A program made the translations under genes and the position numbers. From an uncultured Verrucomicrobiota bacterium (GTDB lineage: Bacteria; Verrucomicrobiota; Verrucomicrobiia; Limisphaerales; JAHDYP01), in assembly GCA_964432995.1 (NCBI GenBank), contig CAYSPU010000001.1, positions 2,253-64,296 of the forward strand: a stretch of DNA of 62,044 nucleotides, given 5' to 3'. The notes beneath the pieces were generated by a model. The model saw only the letters and a program-made list of their open reading frames with translations, had not been told where the DNA came from and ran no database searches. Of this stretch, positions 48,418 to 56,272 are shown piece by piece. Within the stretch, counting starts at the first letter, position 1; each line of letters begins with the position of its first letter.

Positions 48418-49806
48418 TCACCATTTGCCGGTGCGGACCACCTTCGGCCTGGGCAACCCGTTGAGTTCCCGGATGGCGCTCCCCATTTCGCTCTCGGGCA
48501 GCGCGTAGTTGGAGAGCTTGCCCCGGAAGAAGTTGTCGTATCCGGAAAGGTCCATGAGCCCGTGACCGGAGAAGCCGAAGAGAATGACCTTCTCCTTCCC
48601 TTCTTCCTTGGCTTTCTTCGCCTCCTGGATGGCGGCGGCGATGGCGTGACTGGTCTCGGGCGCGGGAATGATCCCCTCCGTGCGGGCGAAGAGCACCGCC
48701 GCTTCGTAGCACTCGATCTGGTCGATGGCCCGCGGGGTGGCCAATCCCTCAATGATGGTCTGGCTCACGAGCGGGGCCATGCCGTGATACCGCAGGCCGC
48801 CGGCATGAATCGGAGGCGGAATGAAATCGTGGCCCAACGAATGCATGGGCAACAGCGGCGTCATCTTCGCCGTGTCGCCGTGGTCGTAGACAAACGGCGC
48901 CCGGGTCATGGTCGGGCACGACGTCGGCTCGACCGGGATGACGTCGATCGTGGCGCCGTTGATCTTGTCGTTGACGAACGGGAAGGCGAGCCCGGCGAAG
49001 TTGGATCCGCCGCCGGCGCAGCCGATGACGGCATCCACCTTCTTGACGCCGATTTTCTCGAACTGCTTCTTGGCTTCGAGCCCGATGATGGTCTGGTGGA
49101 GCATGACGTGGTTCAACACGCTCCCCAGGGAGTAACGGGTGGAGCCCGTCGGGTCGGTGACGGCGGCCTCGATCGCCTCGCTGATGGCGATGCCGAGGGA
49201 TCCGGGGGTGTTCGGGTGCTTGGCGAGGATCTGGCGGCCGGCGTTCGTCTGCGTGGAGGGGCTGGCGATGCAGGTGGCCCCCCAGGTTTCCATCATCAGT
49301 TTGCGGAAGGGTTTTTGGTCGAAGCTGATGCGGACCATGAAGACCTTGCATTCGAGGCCGAGGAGGGAGCAGGCGAAGGCGAGGGCGCTTCCCCACTGGC
49401 CGGCGCCGGTCTCGGTGGTGATCTTCTTGATGCCGAATTGCTTGTTGTACCAGGCCTGCGGGACCGCGGTGTTGGGCTTGTGGCTTCCCGGCGGGGAGAC
49501 GCTCTCGTTCTTGTAGTAGATCCGGGCGGGTGTCCCCAGGGCCTGCTCCAGGGCCAGGGCCCGGTGCAGGGGCGACGGCCGCCACTTGCAGAGAATGCCC
49601 AGCACCTCCTCGGGGATGTCAATCCAGCGTTGGGTGCTCACCTCCTGCTCGATGATGTTCATCGGGAAAACCGGCGCGAGCATGTCGGGGGTGATGGGTT
49701 TTCCGTCCGGCCCCAGCGGGGGCTGCAGGGGGGACGGGAGATCGGCGGCGAGGTTGTACCATTGCCGCGGCATTTCGTCTTCGGTCAGGAACACTTTGGT
49801 CTGCAT
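48418..49806 (-). CDS. trpB: TrpB2-type (long form) tryptophan synthase beta-like PLP enzyme
   Basis: 462 aa. [13 protein letters not shown]-terminus typical of TrpB2, PLP-lysine region [36 protein letters not shown]. Confidence 0.88.
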   Translation of the reverse strand: MQTKVFLTEDEMPRQWYNLAADLPSPLQPPLGPDGKPITPDMLAPVFPMNIIEQEVSTQRWIDIPEEVLGILCKWRPSPLHRALALEQALGTPARIYYKNESVSPPGSHKPNTAVPQAWYNKQFGIKKITTETGAGQWGSALAFACSLLGLECKVFMVRISFDQKPFRKLMMETWGATCIASPSTQTNAGRQILAKHPNTPGSLGIAISEAIEAAVTDPTGSTRYSLGSVLNHVMLHQTIIGLEAKKQFEKIGVKKVDAVIGCAGGGSNFAGLAFPFVNDKINGATIDVIPVEPTSCPTMTRAPFVYDHGDTAKMTPLLPMHSLGHDFIPPPIHAGGLRYHGMAPLVSQTIIEGLATPRAIDQIECYEAAVLFARTEGIIPAPETSHAIAAAIQEAKKAKEEGKEKVILFGFSGHGLMDLSGYDNFFRGKLSNYALPESEMGSAIRELNGLPRPKVVRTGKW

Positions 49807-49816
49807 GAATTTTCCC

Positions 49817-50104
49817 TCAGGCTGCGGATCGTGCTGGCGACGACCGTTGTTGGAACACTCTTCTCACCGCGGATCCCCGCCGCTTCAGTTGGCGGGCGCC
49901 GCGCGTGATGTTGCACAGGCTGACTCCCAACTGGTGGGCGATCGCGCGCTGGCTCTTGCCCTCGGACAGAAACCGCACGATGTCCCAGCGGAGCGACAGC
50001 TTCTCGGCCTCGCTTTCGGTCAACAGTTCCCGGAGCAGATGTTCCACCTTCCGGGCTTCCCGCATGCGCGCCAGCACCTGCGCGATGTCGCCGATCCTGT
50101 CCAC
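49817..50104 (-). CDS. TrpR-like / YerC-YecD family DNA-binding protein
   Basis: 95 aa with a GTG start. [45 protein letters not shown] matches the Trp-repressor-family helix-turn-helix layout. Confidence 0.7.
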   Translation of the reverse strand: MDRIGDIAQVLARMREARKVEHLLRELLTESEAEKLSLRWDIVRFLSEGKSQRAIAHQLGVSLCNITRGARQLKRRGSAVRRVFQQRSSPARSAA

Positions 50105-50107
50105 GAT

Positions 50108-50125
50108 GTTTCTCCGCGTAGAAAC
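50108..50125. promoter_or_regulatory. palindrome GTTTCT ccgcgt AGAAAC, 4-21 nt upstream of the trpR-like start
   Basis: Read directly. On the coding strand it abuts or overlaps the GGAG Shine-Dalgarno-like sequence. Candidate operator or RBS-sequestering stem. Confidence 0.35.
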
Positions 50126-50269
50126 AGCTTTCCGGCGAAGGCGTCAAGCGGAAAAAGCGGCGCGCCGCGGGGGGACGGCAGGACCGGGCGACGGTCCGAC
50201 GGGAGGACGGCACGTCGGTGCGACGGTGCGGCGGCCAGCCGAACGCCAGACAGACAACAGGCACCAAGG

Positions 50270-50370
50270 AATATGGAACGCCAGCGGCAGTTCAACGTTC
50301 AGTGTTCCCGGTTCGCTCGAAGAAACCCAAGCCTTGAACCCAACCGTGAACCCTGAACCTGGATCCATAT
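50270..50370. repeat. partial, degenerate copy of the TCGAAC-rich element
   Basis: cagcggcagttcaacgttcagtgttc resembles cgaggcagtggttcaacgttcgaagttcg of copy 2. It is followed by ccttgaacccaaccgtgaaccctgaacc. Confidence 0.45.
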
Positions 50371-50426
50371 GCCACTCTTCATTCTGCATCCCCCCCGAGC
50401 GCCGGCCTGTTGTGGGGCGGACAACC

Positions 50427-50633
50427 GGTGCATCCCCAGGTTGTCTGTGGGTGACCAGCACCGTCTGGCCGCTCCGGACCGCCCGCCGTCCCGGCGGGCA
50501 GCAGCACCACACACCGGTCGCGATCTCGAACCACCCGCGCACTGCCGCCCACCGCAGCCGCTGCGACCGGGGACCGGTCGCGCTCCGCACCGCCCGCCCT
50601 CGGGGACTGGTGACCGACAACCTCCGGATGCAC
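50427..50633. repeat. MITE-like element of about 207 nt; its left 114 nt is the repeat shared with 38568-38681, and its ends form terminal inverted repeats
   Basis: The left end gtgcatccccaggttgtc matches the reverse complement of the right end, gtgcatccggaggttgtc, at 16/18 positions. No ORF with transposase character lies inside. Confidence 0.6.
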
Positions 50634-50859
50634 TGGCGAACAACAGCCGCCGAGTCCCGGCCTTCCCACCGTTGGGATGTCATCCCGCCGCCGAGGTGGG
50701 ACCATCCCGGAGCCGACAGAGCGCCCGTTCGCAGGGGCGAAAACCGCTCGTGGACCGGGGACGACCGAACCTTCAGCGTCACGGAGGCGAGGATCCGGGG
50801 CGAGGATCCGGGGCCTTGACTCCGTCTGGACAGCGCCCATGATGTGCGGCCTTGCCACA

Positions 50860-51675
50860 ATGAAGACTGCACCGCGCATTTCTCTGTCGAACGTCCAGGC
50901 CGTCTACGGCGGCCCCGAAGGCGATCTCTGGGAGTTGATCATGGGGGAACAGATTCACCTGGGCGGATTTCAGTCCTCGATGGCGCTGGCGGAGCGCGCG
51001 GGCATCGGGGCCGGCCAATCCGGGGTGGACCTGTGCTGCTGCACGGGGGCCGGCATGCGGTTCCTGGTCCGCTTCCGCCACGTCGCCCACATGACGGGCG
51101 TGGACGCCACGCCGCTGGTCCTGGAACGCGGGCGCCAGCGGACCGCGGCGGCGGGATTGGCCGACCGGATCGAGTTCCGCGAGGCGGACGTCTGCGCCAG
51201 CGGGTTGGCGGAGGCCGGCGTTGATTTCGTCTGGGGTGAGGACGCCTGGTGTTACGTGGCGGACAAGCGCCGGCTGATCGCCGAGGCGGCCCGCATGGTG
51301 AAGGCGGGGGGGAAGATCGCCTTTACGGATTGGGTGGAGGGGCCGACGCCGCTGGCGGAGTCCGAAGCGCAGCGGTTTCTGACGTTTATGAAGTTCCCCA
51401 GTCTGGCGAGCATCGGCGACTATCGGGGCTTGCTGGAGGCGAACGGGTGTCGGGTGGAAGCCGCGGAAGACACGGGGAGGTTCGCGCCGTGCATGGATCT
51501 GTACCTGGACATGCTGAGCCGCCAACTGACCTACGACGCCCTCCGCATCATCGGCTTCGACCTCCCGCTGATGCAGCAACTGGGGGCGGAGATGCGGTTC
51601 GCGCGGCAACTGACTCACGAGCGCAAGCTGGTGCAGGGGCAGTTCGTCGCCGTCAAAGGGAGCGGGCTGTCGTAA
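50860..51675 (+). CDS. class I SAM-dependent methyltransferase
   Basis: This is the 3' part of track ORF 50677..51675; ATG 50860 (ATG 50839 is an alternative). LWELIMGEQIHLGGF resembles the N-terminal motif of gamma-tocopherol/sarcosine-dimethylglycine-type methyltransferases. Motif I VDLCCCTGAGMRFL, motif post-II GKIAFTDW. Confidence 0.75.
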   Translation: MKTAPRISLSNVQAVYGGPEGDLWELIMGEQIHLGGFQSSMALAERAGIGAGQSGVDLCCCTGAGMRFLVRFRHVAHMTGVDATPLVLERGRQRTAAAGLADRIEFREADVCASGLAEAGVDFVWGEDAWCYVADKRRLIAEAARMVKAGGKIAFTDWVEGPTPLAESEAQRFLTFMKFPSLASIGDYRGLLEANGCRVEAAEDTGRFAPCMDLYLDMLSRQLTYDALRIIGFDLPLMQQLGAEMRFARQLTHERKLVQGQFVAVKGSGLS

Positions 51676-51688
51676 GGACTCCTTCTCT

Positions 51689-51781
51689 ATGACCAGGACA
51701 GAAAGCGGGGAGGAAACGGGGTGTGAGACCTGCGGGGGCAGCTTCTGGTGCGCTGCTGCCGGACGCGCTGCAGACACTTGA
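51689..51781 (+). CDS. 30-codon Cys-rich small ORF (speculative)
   Basis: ATG 51689 to TGA 51779-51781: MTRTESGEETGCETCGGSFWCAAAGRAADT. It starts 14 nt after the methyltransferase stop and ends 5 nt before the candidate GTG start of the next gene. Too short to judge its coding statistics. Confidence 0.2.
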   Translation: MTRTESGEETGCETCGGSFWCAAAGRAADT

Positions 51782-51785
51782 ACTC

Positions 51786-52993
51786 GTGAATGCCTCCACC
51801 TCAACACCCGGTGGTTGCGGCGGAAGCGCCGTGGCAGCGGCCGCGGCGCGCGAATCCGCCGCGCCCGATCCCCTCGAGTGGTTTCAGCGCATGATCCCGC
51901 GCTGCAAGGAATACGCGCTGGCGGCCCGGGCGTCGGGGCGCCCGGTGGTGGGGATCATGTGTGAGTATGCCCCGCGGGAGTTGGTGCTGGCGGCGGGCGC
52001 CGTGCCGGTCTGTCTGTGCGGCGGGGATCCGGATACGATTCCGTCGGCCGAGACGCGGCTGCCGACCAATCTCTGTCCGTTGATCAAGTCGACGTACGGT
52101 TACTGGGTGGAGCACGGCAACCCGTTCCTCGAGATGGCGGACTTCGTCCTGGCGGAAACGACGTGTTGGAGCTGCCCCATCGGGACAACGCCCCCGACGC
52201 CCGGGAGCAGTGGGTGCGGGAGTTGGCGCGGTTGCGGGATTTCCTGGCCACCCGCTACCGGGTGGAGGTGGATGACGCCCGGCTGCGCGCGGCGGTGCGC
52301 ACGATGAACCGGGAGCGCGGATTGCGGCGGCGGCTGGCGGATTTGATGAAGCGCGAGGCGCCGCCGCTGACGGGCCGCCAACTGCTGGATCTGAAGAGCA
52401 TCATCTCGGGGATTCCGGCCGATCTCGACCAGTATGAGCGGGCGCTCAAGTTGCTGGCGCAGGCGGACGGGGCGGCGGAACCGGGAGCCGCCCGGGGCGG
52501 CCGGCCGCGGGTCTTGCTCACGGGCGTGCCCCTGGTGCACGGGGCGGAACGCGTGCTCGAGATCATCGAAAGCAGCGGCGGACTGGTGGTGTGTCAGGAG
52601 AACTGCACCGGTCTCAAACCAATCCTCGAGGACGTGCCCGAGAACGCGTCCGATCTGTTGGGCGCGCTGGCGGACAAGTACTTTCACCTTCCGTGTTCGG
52701 TGCGAACGCCGAATGACGGGCGCTTCCAGACACTGCGTCAGTTGACGGCCGAGTTCCGGGCGGAGTGCGTCATCGAGCTGATCTGGCAGGCGTGCCTGAC
52801 GTACGCGATTGAAGCGGATCGGACGCGGCGGTTGGTGGAAGAGGAGCTGAAGCTGCCCTACCTGCGCATCGAGACCGACTATTCGCCGTCAGACTCGGCA
52901 CGGATCGCGACCCGGGTCGAGGCGCTGTTGGAGATGGTCAGCGACCGGCGCGGCGAGAGGGCGCCGCGAGGCACGGGGGGCAACGCTGCCTGA
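51786..52993 (+). pseudogene. 2-hydroxyacyl-CoA dehydratase / BcrB-BcrC / double-cubane-cluster family subunit, reading frame broken near 52163-52167
   Basis: The N-terminal part sits in track ORF 51723..52307 (...RPVVGIMCEYAPRELVLAAGAVPVCLCGG...LCPLIKSTYGYW...FVLAETTC). The C-terminal part sits in track ORF 52016..52993 (VLELPHRDNAPDAREQWV...RVLLTGVPLVHGAERVLEIIESSGGLVVCQENCTGLKP...ELIWQACLTYAIE...PYLRIETDYSPSD). Together they give about 403 aa. The start (GTG 51786) is uncertain. Confidence 0.7.
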
Positions 52994-53023
52994 ACTCGGC
53001 GTGAGGTTCGGGGCACTTCGACT

Positions 53024-54100
53024 GTGGATGCCGTGCGCTACATATCGCCGTGGGTGCCTCCGGAGTGGATTGCGGCCCACGGCCTGCGCCCGGTGCGGTG
53101 GGTGCCGGGGGCGACGGCGGCGCGGCGGCTGACCTCGGGGCCGATGGGCGTTTGTCCGTTCGCGCTGGCGGTGGCGGCGTCCGCCGCGGAGGCCCCGGGT
53201 CGGGCGTTGGTTGTGGCCGCACGCTGCGATCAACTGCGGAGGACGGCGGATGCGATCGGGCCCGACGATTCGGTCTCAGTGGACGCGCGGGGCCGCGCGT
53301 CCCTCCTACCTGCCGTTGGCGGCGCCCTCGGAGAGGTCGTCCTCCCGGATGTTCCAAGGGAGGTGCCGGCGGTGTTTTTGTTGGCCGTTCCGGCGACGGC
53401 GGGCAATCCGAACGCGGAGGACTGCTATCGCCTGGAGTTGGAGCGGTTGGGACGTTTCCTGGTGCGGCGGGGCGGCCGGCCGCCGGCCGCCGGCGCCTTG
53501 CGACGGGAGATGCAGCGCTACGCCGAGGCGCGGCTCGAGTTGCGCGCTCGCCGCGGCGAGTTCGGGGCGCGTGCCTTCGCCGAGGCGGTGATCCGTGTGG
53601 AATCGGATGGAACGCTGCCACCGAAACAGGAAGGCAGACCTTCGCCAGCGGGGCGGGCCGGAATCCCGGTGGCCCTGGTGGGCGGCCCTCTGCGGCGAAC
53701 GCATCTGGAGCTTCTGGACCGCATCGAGTCTCGCGGCGGTCGTATGGTGCTGGACGCGACGGAGAATGGCGAACGCGGCTTGCCGCCGCCGTCTGAAGCG
53801 GAGAGGGCGCAGCGCGACCCCTTGGGGGCGTTGGCGCACGCGTTCCTCGAGGGGATCCCCGATGTCGCGCAGCGACCGAACACGGGTTTTCATGCGTGGC
53901 TGGCCGGGCGGGTGCGGGAGCGCGGCGCGCGCGGGGTGATTGCCTGGCACTACCCGTGGTGCGACGTCTGGCAGGCGGAGGTGGCGCGTCTCCAGGAGAC
54001 GCTGGGCGTGCCGGTGCTCGACCTGGACGCGGGGGATTCGGAAGGGCTGACTCCCCAAGTGGACACGCGGCTGCAGGCGTTTCTCGAGATGCTGACGTGA
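53024..54100 (+). CDS. 2-hydroxyacyl-CoA dehydratase / BcrB-BcrC family subunit (second paralogue)
   Basis: 358 aa with a GTG start. ISPWVPPEWIAAHGLRPV N-terminus, VALVGGPL....LELLDRIESRGGRMVLDATENG, GVIAWHYPWCDVWQAEV, LDLDAGDSEGL....RLQAFLEML. Confidence 0.72.
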   Translation: MDAVRYISPWVPPEWIAAHGLRPVRWVPGATAARRLTSGPMGVCPFALAVAASAAEAPGRALVVAARCDQLRRTADAIGPDDSVSVDARGRASLLPAVGGALGEVVLPDVPREVPAVFLLAVPATAGNPNAEDCYRLELERLGRFLVRRGGRPPAAGALRREMQRYAEARLELRARRGEFGARAFAEAVIRVESDGTLPPKQEGRPSPAGRAGIPVALVGGPLRRTHLELLDRIESRGGRMVLDATENGERGLPPPSEAERAQRDPLGALAHAFLEGIPDVAQRPNTGFHAWLAGRVRERGARGVIAWHYPWCDVWQAEVARLQETLGVPVLDLDAGDSEGLTPQVDTRLQAFLEMLT

Positions 54101-55482
54101 ACGATCGTCCGGCCAAGATCGGTCTGGAGGAATGGGACGCCCGACAGGGCGCGCTCGGCGACGCGAGCGGCGGGGGGTGCGGCTACGGGGGGCCGCTGGG
54201 ACGCCACGTTGGCGAGCGGGGCGATCTGCGGTTGCGGCACCTGCAATTTGACAACTCGGCCGCGGCGCTGCGCCTGTGGAACCTGGTGTTGACCGAGGAA
54301 GACCGGCTGCGGGCGCATCGGGCGCAGGGGCGCAAGCTGGTGGGGACGATGAAGGACCTGGGGACCGTGCCGGTGCTGGCCTATGCCCTGCCGAATCTCG
54401 TGGCGTTCTACCCGGACGGATCATGGTGGACGCCATGTTGGATGGAGTGTTCGGACGGCCTGTTCCAGGTCGCCGACCGGCTGGGCATTGACGAGTCGTT
54501 CTGCCCCGTGCGGGCCATGCTGGGGGCGTTCGTCACCCGCGCGCACTTCCCCCTCCCCGACTTCCTCGTGTGCAGCGTCGGGGCGGTATGCGACGATTTC
54601 ACGGCAATCGCGCAGCGGCTGGAGTCGCTGGGCCATCCGATCTTTTGGTGGGAAATGCCGCGGCGGCGGAAGCCGGATCCGGATGAGGCCGCCGTGGTCC
54701 TTCCGGGAGGGATGGTCGCCCCGCGCGTGCAAGTGGATTTGGTCTCGGCGGAGTTGGCGCGGGTGCGGCGCGCACTGGAGTCGTTGGCGGGCCGGCCGCT
54801 GGACGACGCGACGCTCGCGGAGGGGATCCGGCACGCCAACGCTGTCCGCCGCCGGATTACGCGGCTGCGACAGACGGTCTTCCAGGCGAGCGTTTGTCCG
54901 CTGCCGGCGCTCGAGATGTTGCTGGTGGACGCTCTGGCCATTCATTACTGCTCGGACCGCGCGGAGACGATCGCGGTCCTGGACGAATTGCAGGCGGAAG
55001 TGAACCGTCGGGTGGCGCAGGGGGAGGGAGTGCTTTCCCCGGAGGCGGTGCGGCTCTACTGGGTGAACCCAGTGGCGGACTTGCGCCTGATGAATCTCGT
55101 TGAGGAGTGGGGCGGGAGGATCTGCGGCGCCGACTACCTGTTCGGGCACGCGCTGGTGGAGATTCCGGAGGAGTTGCCGCCATTGGAAGCCCTGGCGCGG
55201 GTGGCGTTGGCCGATCCGATGGTGGGATCGGCGGAGGACCGTGCCGGGCAGGTGGCGAGCGAGGTGCTGGGGTTGGGAATCGAAGGACTGGTCGTCTCGC
55301 GCATTCCGGGGGCCAGTCATTGCGCCCACGAGGGAGCCTATTTGCGGGAAGAGGTCGCCCGGCGCGCCGCGGCGCCGGCGGTCGAGATCGAGGTGCCGCC
55401 GCTGTGCGACGGTCTCGAGGCCGCCCTGCATTCGCGTTTGCAGGCCCTGTTGGAGACGGTGCAATCGAGGAGGGCAACATGA
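54097..55482 (+). CDS. 2-hydroxyacyl-CoA dehydratase / BcrB-BcrC family subunit (third, longest paralogue)
   Basis: This is the 3' part of track ORF 53896..55482. GTG 54097 overlaps the upstream TGA (GTGA). GRKLVGTMKDLGTVPVLAYA, ESFCPVRAMLG, DFLVCSVGAVCDDF, LYWVNPVADLRLMNLVEEWGGRICGADYLF, GLVVSRIPGASHCAHEGAYL. Confidence 0.75.
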   Translation: MNDRPAKIGLEEWDARQGALGDASGGGCGYGGPLGRHVGERGDLRLRHLQFDNSAAALRLWNLVLTEEDRLRAHRAQGRKLVGTMKDLGTVPVLAYALPNLVAFYPDGSWWTPCWMECSDGLFQVADRLGIDESFCPVRAMLGAFVTRAHFPLPDFLVCSVGAVCDDFTAIAQRLESLGHPIFWWEMPRRRKPDPDEAAVVLPGGMVAPRVQVDLVSAELARVRRALESLAGRPLDDATLAEGIRHANAVRRRITRLRQTVFQASVCPLPALEMLLVDALAIHYCSDRAETIAVLDELQAEVNRRVAQGEGVLSPEAVRLYWVNPVADLRLMNLVEEWGGRICGADYLFGHALVEIPEELPPLEALARVALADPMVGSAEDRAGQVASEVLGLGIEGLVVSRIPGASHCAHEGAYLREEVARRAAAPAVEIEVPPLCDGLEAALHSRLQALLETVQSRRAT

Positions 55483-56255
55483 TCGCGGTGGGAGTCGATG
55501 CCGGGTCGCGCATGACGAAGATCGTCCTTTGGGACCGGGGGCGCGGTGCCGTGGCGGCCACGGGATCGGTGGAGCATCACGTCGACCAGGGGGCTTCGGC
55601 GCGGGAGTTGCGGGACGCGTTGCTGCGGCAGGTCGGGCACACCACCGCGGAGGTCAAGGGGGCGGTGGCGACGGGTTACGGACGGAACCTGGTGGACTTT
55701 GCCGACACGACGATCACGGAGATCACATGCCACGCTCGTGGCGTTCGGGAAGGGCGCCCGGAGGTGCGAACGATCATCGAGATCGGCGGACAGGACAGCA
55801 AGTTGATCCGACTGGACGAGCGCGGGCACGTGCGGGACTTCATGATGAACGACCGTTGTGCGGCGGGCACCGGGCGGTTCCTGGAGATGGTCGCTCAGCG
55901 AGTGGGAGTGGGGCTGGGTGATTTGGGAGGGTTGGCGCGGGCCAGCGGGGCACCGGCCGTGATCAGCAGCATGTGCGTGGTGTTTGCCGAGACCGAGATC
56001 ATCGGTTTGTTGGCAGGCGGACGGCAAGCGGCAGACGTGGTGGCAGGGGTGCAGGCGGCGATAGCCGTCCGGGTGGGCGGGATGGTGGGCCGGCGGCTGG
56101 AGCAACCGGTCTGTTTCACCGGGGGGGTGGCCATGGTGCCTGGAATGGTCGAGGCCCTGCAGAAGGTCTTGGACTGCCCCGTGGGCGTGGTGCCCGAACC
56201 GATGTTCACCGGCGCGCTGGGAGCGGCGGTTCTCGCCGCCGAACGGTGCCGCTGA
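55479..56255 (+). CDS. activase ATPase of the BcrA/BcrD/BadF/BadG/HgdC family (CoA-substrate-specific enzyme activase)
   Basis: ATG 55479 overlaps the upstream TGA (ATGA). MIAVGVDAGSRMTKIVL, ATGYGR, EITCHARG, IIEIGGQDSKLI, NDRCAAGTGRFLE and ISSMCVVFAETEIIGL (the two cluster-ligand Cys contexts of HgdC-type activators), FTGGVA. Confidence 0.88.
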   Translation: MIAVGVDAGSRMTKIVLWDRGRGAVAATGSVEHHVDQGASARELRDALLRQVGHTTAEVKGAVATGYGRNLVDFADTTITEITCHARGVREGRPEVRTIIEIGGQDSKLIRLDERGHVRDFMMNDRCAAGTGRFLEMVAQRVGVGLGDLGGLARASGAPAVISSMCVVFAETEIIGLLAGGRQAADVVAGVQAAIAVRVGGMVGRRLEQPVCFTGGVAMVPGMVEALQKVLDCPVGVVPEPMFTGALGAAVLAAERCR

Positions 56256-56272
56256 AGGCAGCCCCGTCCCCG

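Noticed and set aside
50105-50859. Multiple overlapping ORFs (e.g. 50144..50872 -, 50369..50842 +, 50379..50879 -, and the N-terminal part of 50677..51675 +) in the 750-nt spacer
   Set aside because: The region is built from the interspersed repeat families (TCGAAC element, 114-nt repeat with TIRs). The ORFs have Arg/Pro/Gly-rich nonsense translations that recur wherever the repeats recur.
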